From Methanomicrobiales archaeon (GTDB lineage: Archaea > Halobacteriota > Methanomicrobia > Methanomicrobiales > Methanospirillaceae): a stretch of 32,582 nucleotides of DNA. Positions 1-7,874 of the stretch are shown piece after piece. Numbering within the stretch: position 1 is the first letter of the stretch; every line of letters starts with the position of its first letter. Made by a program: the position numbers and the translations under genes. The DNA is taken from contig JBAXJR010000027.1 of assembly GCA_037137755.1 (NCBI GenBank), forward strand, positions 1 to 32,582. Reading direction: 5' to 3'. The notes under the pieces were generated by a model. The model saw only the letters and a list, made by a program, of their open reading frames with translations, was not told where the DNA came from and did no database searches.

Positions 1-502
1 ATACAAACGAAGAGCCCGGGGCCCTCCAGGTATGGAACGAATAATCCGGGCTGCATTGAATTGTCGTGTTCCCGGGCCTCTGGTAACAAAGGTGGTAGAG
101 GTAACCGGTATCAGGTGTTAAACCTGATATGACGATGTTTGCCGGCACCCCCTTCCCTGCCGTGGCGACTGGGGTCCTGAGAACTGTGGTTTCGCTGGCG
201 TTATGGTATTCAGCGAATAGTTCCAGGTTTTCTGCCGGGACTACATTTAGATTGACAGAATGATCCGTGGGGCGTCCAAGCTGGATCGTAACGGGTACAT
301 GCGTTGTATAACCGGTACTGGCAGAAACCGGGGATACCGGGTTGCGGATTGCCCGGTCCTGGACAACACCAGCACGGGATGAATTCCCCGGGCCGTGTGC
401 CACGGGTTTTTCCCCCGGACTGACACATGCCGCGGTAATAACGAGTACAATCACTATAATCCAGATTGCGATTGCCACGGTGTTCTTTTGAATCATTTCC
501 AT
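1..502 (-). CDS. Lipoprotein metallophosphoesterase paralog, 5' part only (runs off the window; absent from the ORF track)
   Basis: Manual translation from ATG 502 (GAGGT RBS-like sequence at 504-508) is open to position 1: MEMIQKNTVAIAIWIIVIVLVITAAC...QLGRPTDHSVNLNVVP...ISGLTPDTGYLYHLCYQ...PDYSFHTWRAPGSSFV. It has a lipobox-like TAAC and aligns with the FN3-like N-domain of 507..2069 (LLTRPTDNSVTVSLVP...VQGLVPDEQYYYRTCYQ...PEHSFHTDRSPGSTFT). Confidence 0.85.
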   Translation of the reverse strand, partial: MEMIQKNTVAIAIWIIVIVLVITAACVSPGEKPVAHGPGNSSRAGVVQDRAIRNPVSPVSASTGYTTHVPVTIQLGRPTDHSVNLNVVPAENLELFAEYHNASETTVLRTPVATAGKGVPANIVISGLTPDTGYLYHLCYQRPGNTTIQCSPDYSFHTWRAPGSSFV

Positions 503-506
503 TACC

Positions 507-2069
507 TCATGAATTGTCCCCGGAAAGCGTGTATGAATACGCCACCATGCCGTTCTTTCCGGACAACTTTTCCTTCCCCGGGAGATAGGATTTCACATAA
601 TCGACCGTTGTATTCTGTGGAGAGACGGTCACCCGGAGATAACCGGAATTCGGCTGTTTTACACCGGAAATGTACGCATCTTCATTGAAAGTGCTGTAAG
701 TCGGATCTGCCGGGCAGGGCACTTCCTGGTAGGTGACACCGTCCAGTTCCTGGCGGGCAAACAGGTGGTCATGCCCCTGGAAGAAGATCGTAACGCCGTT
801 CTCTGCCATCACCTGCTGTACAGGGAGTTCCCAGCCGGGTCGTTGTGTGTTGAATTCCCATGTACCCTTCTGGTTGTAGCCGCCCCATTCATACAGCCCG
901 GCATTTTCGATACCACCCCGTCCAGTACCCTGGACATGGTGGGCAAAGACGAATTTGTACGTTGCATTGCTCTCACTGAGTGTTTTTTTGAACCACTGGT
1001 ACTGGGTTTCACCAAGGGTAATCCCCCACGGGTCCCGTATTTTAGCGCTACCCTTCCCTGCGACATTATCCACAGCGACCGGAGAATGCCAGTACGGATC
1101 AATCACAACGAATAATGCATCACCCCAGGTCCAGGCGTAGTAATCCCCGGGAAGCCCGACATATTGTACCGCCCCGGTGTCACCGCTGTAAAATTCACCG
1201 GGTAGGGGCTGTGGGAAAAACTTCATCCGGGACATACCTGCGTATACTGCCGCATTGTCGGGTGTGCCGGTCAGCAGGTACCGGGCGGCCTCTTCATGGT
1301 TGCCGTCCACGAGGAAGACAGGGGATGAGTCCCCGATTATGTCAAGATAATTCCTCTGGCTGAGATAAACCGCGTCCACCGCCCCCTGGCTGAGCTGTCC
1401 TTTTTCAATGAGTGGGTCGATGCTGAAATCATCACCAAGCGAGATATAGAAATCAGGCCTTTCCTGTCCTGCATTACGCAGGGTCTGTTCATACAAGGCA
1501 GAATTAAACATCGTGTTGGTGCGTTCCGGGTGCGAGTCCGCCTGCACACCAAAGGTAAAGGTGCTGCCCGGCGACCGGTCTGTGTGGAACGAATGCTCCG
1601 GGCCACTATTGAGACCGGCTGTGGCGGTCTCCTGGTAGCAAGTCCGGTAGTAATACTGCTCGTCAGGTACCAGGCCCTGGACGGTAACATTCAGGGGTGC
1701 CCCGGCCTTTGCACGTAACTCAGGAGTCTGGCACAGATATGAACCCGGGGAGGTCCCGTATTCAAAGGAAATAAAAAGGTCTTTTTTCGGGACCAGGCTG
1801 ACAGTGACAGAGTTGTCAGTGGGCCGGGTCAGAAGTTCAGTTGCAATAAAATTCGAAGCATAGTCCGGGCTTTCTATTGGCTCAGCGGTCACCAGGGTGG
1901 TGCAGGAAAGGTTAACAGAAACCCCGGCCAGCTGTCCGCCGGTAACGGGTGTTATGATGGGTGTGGCCACCGGCAGGACCCGGTCTTCATTATGGGTACA
2001 ACCAGCGAGAAAAACCCCACCCGCTACCAGGATACAACAGAAAAAGATGAATTTTTTTTTACCCGTCAT
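507..2069 (-). CDS. Lipoprotein calcineurin-like metallophosphoesterase with an FN3/purple-acid-phosphatase-type N-terminal domain
   Basis: Signal peptide with lipobox FLAGC; metallophosphoesterase motifs ADSH, GDD, GNHE, AHH and GHDH in the canonical order. Confidence 0.85.
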   Translation of the reverse strand: MTGKKKFIFFCCILVAGGVFLAGCTHNEDRVLPVATPIITPVTGGQLAGVSVNLSCTTLVTAEPIESPDYASNFIATELLTRPTDNSVTVSLVPKKDLFISFEYGTSPGSYLCQTPELRAKAGAPLNVTVQGLVPDEQYYYRTCYQETATAGLNSGPEHSFHTDRSPGSTFTFGVQADSHPERTNTMFNSALYEQTLRNAGQERPDFYISLGDDFSIDPLIEKGQLSQGAVDAVYLSQRNYLDIIGDSSPVFLVDGNHEEAARYLLTGTPDNAAVYAGMSRMKFFPQPLPGEFYSGDTGAVQYVGLPGDYYAWTWGDALFVVIDPYWHSPVAVDNVAGKGSAKIRDPWGITLGETQYQWFKKTLSESNATYKFVFAHHVQGTGRGGIENAGLYEWGGYNQKGTWEFNTQRPGWELPVQQVMAENGVTIFFQGHDHLFARQELDGVTYQEVPCPADPTYSTFNEDAYISGVKQPNSGYLRVTVSPQNTTVDYVKSYLPGKEKLSGKNGMVAYSYTLSGDNS

Positions 2070-2192
2070 TCTTCTGGTCCTTTGTTCTGGTTAGCCCGGT
2101 GAATGGCCCGTTCGTTTTGAAATTTCATTTCTGATCACATTCTTATTCAGAGAGCGGTTCGGTATACCGGTCCATCCGGAAACAATTGGTTT

Positions 2193-4163
2193 TCAGAGGT
2201 GTGAAAACCAGTTTTTAACCATGTTAAAGATGTTGTTATCAGCGGCCTGGGCCTGTCCACGGGCCTGGGTACCTGAAGTCTGACCCGCCTGCCCTGTTTT
2301 CTGGGGCTGCTGGTTATTTGTCCCGGTGCCTTCTATTGCCTCGACAACACCCGGATTACTCTTTTTAAACGTGTCCAGCCACGTTTTCAACGCTTCCCGG
2401 TCTCCGCTTTTCAGTAATGTCTGTACGCTGCTTATATCATATCCCTTCTGTCCAAGCTGGGCCATGACCTCTTCAACGGGTATACGGTTCTGCTGTCCCT
2501 GGGCGTTCCCCTGTCCGTTCTGGGTAACGTTCCCTGCCCTTGGACTGCTTCCCTGTCCCTGGTTCGTTCCGGTTGCCTGCCCCTGTCCTGGTTTCAGGGG
2601 TCCCTGTCCGTTCCGGGTGACGTTTCCAGCCCCGGGACCATTGCCCGGTCCCTGGTTTGTACCAGTCCCCGGTCCCTGGGTTACCGTTGTCTGCTGCAGT
2701 CCCTGCAGCCATGTGGCCATCTGTGCGCTGTCGTATTGCCCTACACCGAAGAGGAAATCAGACGGTACGTTTTGTGGCATGCTAATTGGCTGTGAGTACA
2801 GGTATGCCCCGTCACAGGTGAAATTGGCAAGGTTCCGCAGTGCAATCATCTTCTTTTTCTGTTCGCTTGTGGTCGTCTGTCCCACATCTGCGAAGTGTGT
2901 TGCGTAGTAGTACGATATCTCACCATCAAGTTCACCGTACCGTGCCGATAATGAACGGACAAGGCTCTCGTCAATGGTATCGCCGGTTAACGCAGTACGC
3001 AGTTCGGTCGCAATTGCCGTCCGTTTTGCAACGATCTCGTTGAGATCAGCACGCTGGAGGTCCACAAGGCTTGTGATTTTCCCGCGCTGGCTGTCGGTTA
3101 ATCCATTTAAGAAGTCTTCCCCGGAATCACCCGTCATGGTAGTACTGATGGAATAGTCAGGGTTACCCATTGCCGGGCGGTCTTTCATGTAGAATGAACC
3201 GAAGTAGGTCGCCTGCCGTTCAGGGCAGAAGTACACATCGGAAGTGACATCGCCTGCATACCATGCAAACATCTCGCTGGCATAAGTCCTCATTGCAACT
3301 GAATTGTCCTGGCCGCTGTTTTTCAGTACTGCCGAAGCATCCACTTCAGGCATCGAGAGCATCCCTCCGGACGCCATCTTATCGAGGTATGCCCGCTGGG
3401 TCTGGTTAAGGGACCGGATCACGCTTGTATAGGCCTTTGCCCGATCCAGGCTGATGCTTGCATCAACATCATATAATTTTGCCGAGTACGCCATCACGGC
3501 TGCCTTATCAAGGCCGCTGCTCCCGGTGGGGATCGTTCCTTCAAGCTGGGCACGGAATGCCTTCGTCAGCGGAAACCGCATATACCCGTACTGGCTTGAA
3601 AGGGGGGCTTCTGTTTTTGAAAGTGCAATAAACTGTGCAAGCTGGTCGTCATTCAGGACAGACAATACATTGTCTGATATCCGGGTAACAAAGTCAGTAT
3701 TATGTCCCATCTGTGTGGCATCATTATCACGGAGGTACTGGAAACCCGCATAATCAGCTACTTTCCCGGGAGGCAGGAACGTGTCGCTGCATGCCTCTCC
3801 TGTTAGGAAAGCCAGTGCGTCAAACGCAATCGTTGCCTGCTGGCCCTGGTCGGAAAGGGTCTGTTCCATGGTATACGCCTGGTTACCGGCTGTCCCCTGT
3901 ACAGGCCCTTGACCTTGTCCTTTTCCCTGGTTTGTACCGCCGTTTCCGGTTCCAACCTGGGTCTGAACAGGATTGTTTACATTGTTATTTGTTCCCTGCT
4001 GTTGCTGCCCCTGTCCGGTTCCCGGTTGCTTACCGGGTCCTGGGGGTTGCTGACCTGGTGCGCCGGCGTTACCTGCCGCACTGACTGCTGCAACCATCAG
4101 TGCTATAATACAGAACACGGCGACAACAAGGCCTATCTTCTTTGAAATTTTCATCGTTGACAT
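2193..4163 (-). CDS. Secreted protein: 395-aa internally duplicated Spy/CpxP/ZraP-like (LTxxQ) core flanked by Gln/Gly/Asn-rich linkers, with a small C-terminal helical domain
   Basis: N-terminal signal peptide (KISKKIGLVVAVFCIIALMVAAVSA); LTxxQ-like motifs LNDDQ, LNQTQ, LTDSQ, TTSEQ bound helical segments; the core is shared with 4420..6912. The family assignment is from motif recognition only. Confidence 0.7.
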   Translation of the reverse strand: MSTMKISKKIGLVVAVFCIIALMVAAVSAAGNAGAPGQQPPGPGKQPGTGQGQQQQGTNNNVNNPVQTQVGTGNGGTNQGKGQGQGPVQGTAGNQAYTMEQTLSDQGQQATIAFDALAFLTGEACSDTFLPPGKVADYAGFQYLRDNDATQMGHNTDFVTRISDNVLSVLNDDQLAQFIALSKTEAPLSSQYGYMRFPLTKAFRAQLEGTIPTGSSGLDKAAVMAYSAKLYDVDASISLDRAKAYTSVIRSLNQTQRAYLDKMASGGMLSMPEVDASAVLKNSGQDNSVAMRTYASEMFAWYAGDVTSDVYFCPERQATYFGSFYMKDRPAMGNPDYSISTTMTGDSGEDFLNGLTDSQRGKITSLVDLQRADLNEIVAKRTAIATELRTALTGDTIDESLVRSLSARYGELDGEISYYYATHFADVGQTTTSEQKKKMIALRNLANFTCDGAYLYSQPISMPQNVPSDFLFGVGQYDSAQMATWLQGLQQTTVTQGPGTGTNQGPGNGPGAGNVTRNGQGPLKPGQGQATGTNQGQGSSPRAGNVTQNGQGNAQGQQNRIPVEEVMAQLGQKGYDISSVQTLLKSGDREALKTWLDTFKKSNPGVVEAIEGTGTNNQQPQKTGQAGQTSGTQARGQAQAADNNIFNMVKNWFSHL

Positions 4164-4220
4164 TCTCCTTTTATGGTTTATCCCATATTGGGTTATTATG
4201 CAGGTTAATCAGGAAAAGAG

Positions 4221-4271
4221 ATAAGTAAATGCCAGAATTAGTCCCGGATTACACCCAAATCATACCCAAAT
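4221..4271 (-). promoter_or_regulatory. Promoter with four phased 11-bp units next to a TATA-like CTTAT
   Basis: Plus-strand units aatgccagaat|tagtcccggat|tacacccaaat|catacccaaat at 4228-4271; ataag at 4221-4225 (CTTAT on minus); about 60 bp upstream of the 4163 start. Confidence 0.65.
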
Positions 4272-4419
4272 CCGGATCCCCGGGATGCTCACACGTGGAC
4301 CCTCAAACCGACTGAGACTACTCACCTCCATCCACCCGGAGACCGGGGATACTGATCCATAACCCGTTAACCGGTTACAGGTGGAAAAAAGGGATTTCAT
4401 TTATTAATTGATGGATACT

Positions 4420-6912
4420 TTACCTTGCGATGCTGAACCCGGTAGCTTTGGACCCGGTAGTCCCGTCACTGTTCGTGACGATTACGTTCCAGCTCCCTGT
4501 TGCCGCTGTCGCCGGGATTGCAAATCTGCACGTGATCGCCATTGGACTTACGACCACAACGCTGTTTGCAACAATATCCGGCTGGCCACTTTTCTGTAAC
4601 TTTACCATAGCTCCTGACCTGAAGTTAGTCCCTGCGAGGTTTGTTATGCTTATGGTCGCCCCTGTCTTCCCCAAAGCGGGTGTGATACCCGTAACCGTAG
4701 GGGGAGGAGGTGCTGTAATGCTGAATGCGGCAGCCTTCTTACCCGATGTCCCGTCACTGTTCGTGACGACTACATCCCAGCTCCCTGTTGCCGCTGTTAC
4801 CGGGATAGTGACGGTACATGTAATCTTAGTGAGGCTGGTGATCGCCACGTTGCTTGCGATAATATCTGGCTGGCCAGCCTTCAACAGCTTTACCGTACCC
4901 CCGGGCATGAAGTTGGCCCCTGCAAGGTTGGTAATACCTACAGTAGTCCCTGCAGTCCCTGAAGCGGGTGTGATACCCGTAACCGTAGGGGAGGGAGGTG
5001 CTGTAATGCTGAATGCGGCAGCCTTCTTACCCGATGTCCCGTCACTATTCGTGACCACTACGTCCCAGTTTCCGATGGAAGCGTTGGGTGGGACTGCAAG
5101 ATCGCACGTGATCTTCGTCGGGCCTGAAGCAACGACATTACCCGCAATAATGGCATTCTGGCCTGATTTCTGGAGTTTCACTGTTGCTCCCGGCCTGAAG
5201 TTAGTTCCCACAAGGGTTGTACTACTTCCGACAGCAATATTTCCTGATGCGGGGGTGATGTTCGTCACCGTGGGTGAGGCCGGTGGCATTAATTTAGGTG
5301 TTAGTTTTTTATCAATTACCGTTGGGACTGCAGGCGCCGTCCGTGCTGTATTGTTTACCCACGTGCTGTTTACATTTCCACTCGTATCGACGGTTCGCGT
5401 ACTTATGGTGTAGGAGACATTTGGTACCAGACCTGTAGCATTGTAGAAGCCAATCCCCCTGGTCACATTCATCATGAACCGGCCATTGAAATAAACGATG
5501 ATTCGGTCAAGGTCCGCATCTCTTGGGTCAGCCCATGTCCAGGTTATGAAATCAGGCTGATATGACGTATTCCTAAGATTCGCAACGCTCTGGGGGGGCG
5601 TTGTATCGGTTGGTGAAGGATCAGTTCCCTGCAGGCCATCTAACCATGCGGTCATTTCCGCGCTGTTGTAGGTCCCCAACCCGAAGAGGAAATTCGTGGG
5701 TATATTCTGAGGCATGTTGATAGTCTGTGAGTACAGGTACGCCCCTTCGCAGGTGAAGCCATCAAGGTTTCGCAGTGCTACCATCTTCTGCTTCTGATCG
5801 CTCGTGATGTTATTTCCCACATCTGCAAAGTGCGTGGCGTAATAGTACGAGATCTCCCCGTCCAGTTCCCCGTACCGTGCTGAAAGTGATCGCACGAGTG
5901 ACTCATCAATGGTATCGCCGGCTAACGCAGTGCGCAGTTCGGTTGCAATAGCCGTCCGCTTTGCAACAATCTCGTTGAGATCAGCACGCTGGAGGTCAAC
6001 AAGGCTTGTGATCTTTTCCCGTTGCGTGGTGGTAAGCAGGTCCAGGAAGGCCTCCCCGGAATCGCCGGTCAGGCTGGTACTGATGGAATAATTCGGGTTC
6101 CCCATTGCAGGACGGTCTTTCATATAGAACGAGCCGAAGTAGGTTGCCTGACGTTCAGGGCAGAAATACACGTCTGATTCAACATCCCCTGCATACCATG
6201 CGAACATTTCGCTGGCGTAGGTCCTCATTGCAACCGAGTTGTTCTGGCCGCTGTTTTTCAGCACGGCTGATGCATCAACAACCGGCCATGAGAGCATTCC
6301 GCCGGATCCCATGTTATCGAGGTATGCCCGCTGGGTCTGGTTTAATGACCGGATCACGCTGGCATAGGTCTTTGCCCGTTCCAGGCTGATGCTTGCATCA
6401 ACATCATACAATTTTGCCGAGTATGCCATCACGGCTGCTTTGTTAAGGCCGCTGCTCCCTGAGGGGATATTTCCTTCAAGCTGGGCACGGAACGCTTTCA
6501 TCAGGGGAAACCGCATATACCCATACTTCGTTGTCAGCGGGGCCTCTGTTTTTGAAAGTGCAACAAATTGTGCAAGCTGGGCGTCATTCAGGATAATTAG
6601 TACATTATCCGAGGCCCGTGTGACAAAATCAGTATTATGTCCCATCTGTGTGGCATCGTTATCACGGAGGTACTGGAAACCCGCATAATCAGCGACTTTC
6701 CCGGGTGGCAGGAATGTATCGCTGCAGGCCTGGCCTGTAAGGAACGCGAGCCCGTCAAATGCGAGGGTCGTTTCCTGTGCCTGGTCGGACAGGGTTTGTT
6801 CCATCGTATATGCCTGGCTGCCCGGGGTCACAGCCCCACTCGCCGCTGTTACCACCAGTGCCATAACGCAGAATATCGTAACTACAAGTCCGGTTTTAAT
6901 TGGTAGTTTCAT
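4420..6912 (-). CDS. Secreted or surface protein: the same 395-aa core plus an FN3 domain and three IPT/TIG domains
   Basis: Signal peptide; core about 85% identical and ungapped versus 2193..4163 (manual count about 58 differences in 395 aa); FN3-like segment (DTTPPQSVANL...ITWTWADP...YNATGLVPNVSYTISTRTVD); three roughly 96-aa repeats PTVTxITP...G.NF..GATVKL...W(D/N)V(V/I)VTNSDG. Confidence 0.8.
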   Translation of the reverse strand: MKLPIKTGLVVTIFCVMALVVTAASGAVTPGSQAYTMEQTLSDQAQETTLAFDGLAFLTGQACSDTFLPPGKVADYAGFQYLRDNDATQMGHNTDFVTRASDNVLIILNDAQLAQFVALSKTEAPLTTKYGYMRFPLMKAFRAQLEGNIPSGSSGLNKAAVMAYSAKLYDVDASISLERAKTYASVIRSLNQTQRAYLDNMGSGGMLSWPVVDASAVLKNSGQNNSVAMRTYASEMFAWYAGDVESDVYFCPERQATYFGSFYMKDRPAMGNPNYSISTSLTGDSGEAFLDLLTTTQREKITSLVDLQRADLNEIVAKRTAIATELRTALAGDTIDESLVRSLSARYGELDGEISYYYATHFADVGNNITSDQKQKMVALRNLDGFTCEGAYLYSQTINMPQNIPTNFLFGLGTYNSAEMTAWLDGLQGTDPSPTDTTPPQSVANLRNTSYQPDFITWTWADPRDADLDRIIVYFNGRFMMNVTRGIGFYNATGLVPNVSYTISTRTVDTSGNVNSTWVNNTARTAPAVPTVIDKKLTPKLMPPASPTVTNITPASGNIAVGSSTTLVGTNFRPGATVKLQKSGQNAIIAGNVVASGPTKITCDLAVPPNASIGNWDVVVTNSDGTSGKKAAAFSITAPPSPTVTGITPASGTAGTTVGITNLAGANFMPGGTVKLLKAGQPDIIASNVAITSLTKITCTVTIPVTAATGSWDVVVTNSDGTSGKKAAAFSITAPPPPTVTGITPALGKTGATISITNLAGTNFRSGAMVKLQKSGQPDIVANSVVVVSPMAITCRFAIPATAATGSWNVIVTNSDGTTGSKATGFSIAR
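4674..5068. repeat. 107-bp near-identical direct repeat inside the IPT-coding region (4674-4780 and 4962-5068)
   Basis: 5 mismatches in 107 bp; offset 288 bp, equal to 96 codons. Confidence 0.85.
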
Positions 6913-7037
6913 AGTTTTTTCACCTTCAGGACGATTTTATGCTGAACGATTGTTGAAATCCGATTACACCATGTAATATTGTAATGCATTATCGTGATGT
7001 AACAATATCTCTCATTATGGGTATTCATAAATAAGGT

Positions 7038-7158
7038 AATTCCAGAATTCGTCCCGGATCACACCCAAATTACACCCAAATTACACCCAAATTACACCCA
7101 AATTACGCCCAAATTACACCCAAATTACACCCAAATTACGCCCAAATTACGCCCAAAT
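7038..7158. repeat. Tandem array of 11-bp units, consensus TACACCCAAAT (9 near-perfect copies at 7060-7158 plus 2 degenerate copies at 7038-7059), upstream of the 6912 gene
   Basis: Read directly: cacacccaaat, 3x tacacccaaat, tacgcccaaat, 2x tacacccaaat, 2x tacgcccaaat, preceded by aattccagaat and tcgtcccggat. ataag at 7031-7035 has the same offset to the array as in the 4221 copy. Confidence 0.95.
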
Positions 7159-7340
7159 CTTTACCGGTCCGGACCGATCCGGATGGGAATTAATAAGGCC
7201 TCATCCGTCACGGATACACAGCACAATAAAAAAGCCCGATATCTCCCGTACAACCGTCATGAACGCTTACGATCAGAGGGATAGAAGGAAATAGGGTATA
7301 TGCCCGGGGCAGAGATATCGGGTTGTTATGTAGATTACCT

Positions 7341-7400
7341 GGAAAAGAAATACGGAAATCCCAGAATTTGCCCCGGATTACACCCAAATCATACCAAAAT
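7341..7400 (-). promoter_or_regulatory. Third copy of the 11-bp-unit promoter cassette
   Basis: ggaaaagaaatacgga followed by aatcccagaat|ttgccccggat|tacacccaaat|cataccaaaat; closely matches 4212-4271. Confidence 0.65.
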
Positions 7401-7405
7401 TTGAA

Positions 7406-7873
7406 TTATTCAAGGCTGATCCAGATGAGGATTACCAGGGCAGCCGTTGCACAGAGGTCCGGCACAATCTGGAACAACCCGATGAATTCCGGACGACCCC
7501 CGAGGAGACTCACGAGCAGCGGGTTGGATGTGATTGCATATATTCCAAGGGCAAAGATCACTGCCATGAGACCGAGAGTAAAGGAGCTCCGCATCTTCCG
7601 GTAAATTCCTGCATAAATAATGAACAGGGGGATGATCAGGCCGATATTGATGAATGATATCACCGTTTTGAGGTTCTCCATCGGTGTCGGGGGCTGCTGG
7701 GCGGGTCGTGCCTGCTGCATGGGAATTGGATTTTGATTTGGTATGGGGTTTTGAATAGGGTTTTGCACGGGGCCGGGTTGTGGTGTTTTTAAAAGAACCG
7801 GGATTATGAAACTGGTAAGTACTACTGCAATCACCGAAATAAGAATTAATACAACAAGATTTTTTTTCTCCAT
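7406..7873 (-). CDS. Small multi-pass membrane protein coupled to the wHTH gene
   Basis: About 4 hydrophobic segments; Pro/Gln-rich loop with QNPI repeats; starts 1 bp after the stop codon of 7875..8177. Confidence 0.75.
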   Translation of the reverse strand: MEKKNLVVLILISVIAVVLTSFIIPVLLKTPQPGPVQNPIQNPIPNQNPIPMQQARPAQQPPTPMENLKTVISFINIGLIIPLFIIYAGIYRKMRSSFTLGLMAVIFALGIYAITSNPLLVSLLGGRPEFIGLFQIVPDLCATAALVILIWISLE

Positions 7874-7874
7874 T

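Noticed and set aside
219-252. Fourth copy of the repeat cassette
   Set aside because: A weak match that lies inside the coding sequence of the partial phosphoesterase gene.
4430-5413. Long antisense ORFs (4430..5413, 2326..2907, 18593..19600, 28697..29482 and others)
   Set aside because: They lie opposite well-supported genes and have the composition of shadow ORFs.
7038-7158. CRISPR array or iteron-type replication origin
   Set aside because: The units are 11 bp, contiguous and have no unique spacers; no cas or rep gene is present, and the same units recur in promoter positions.
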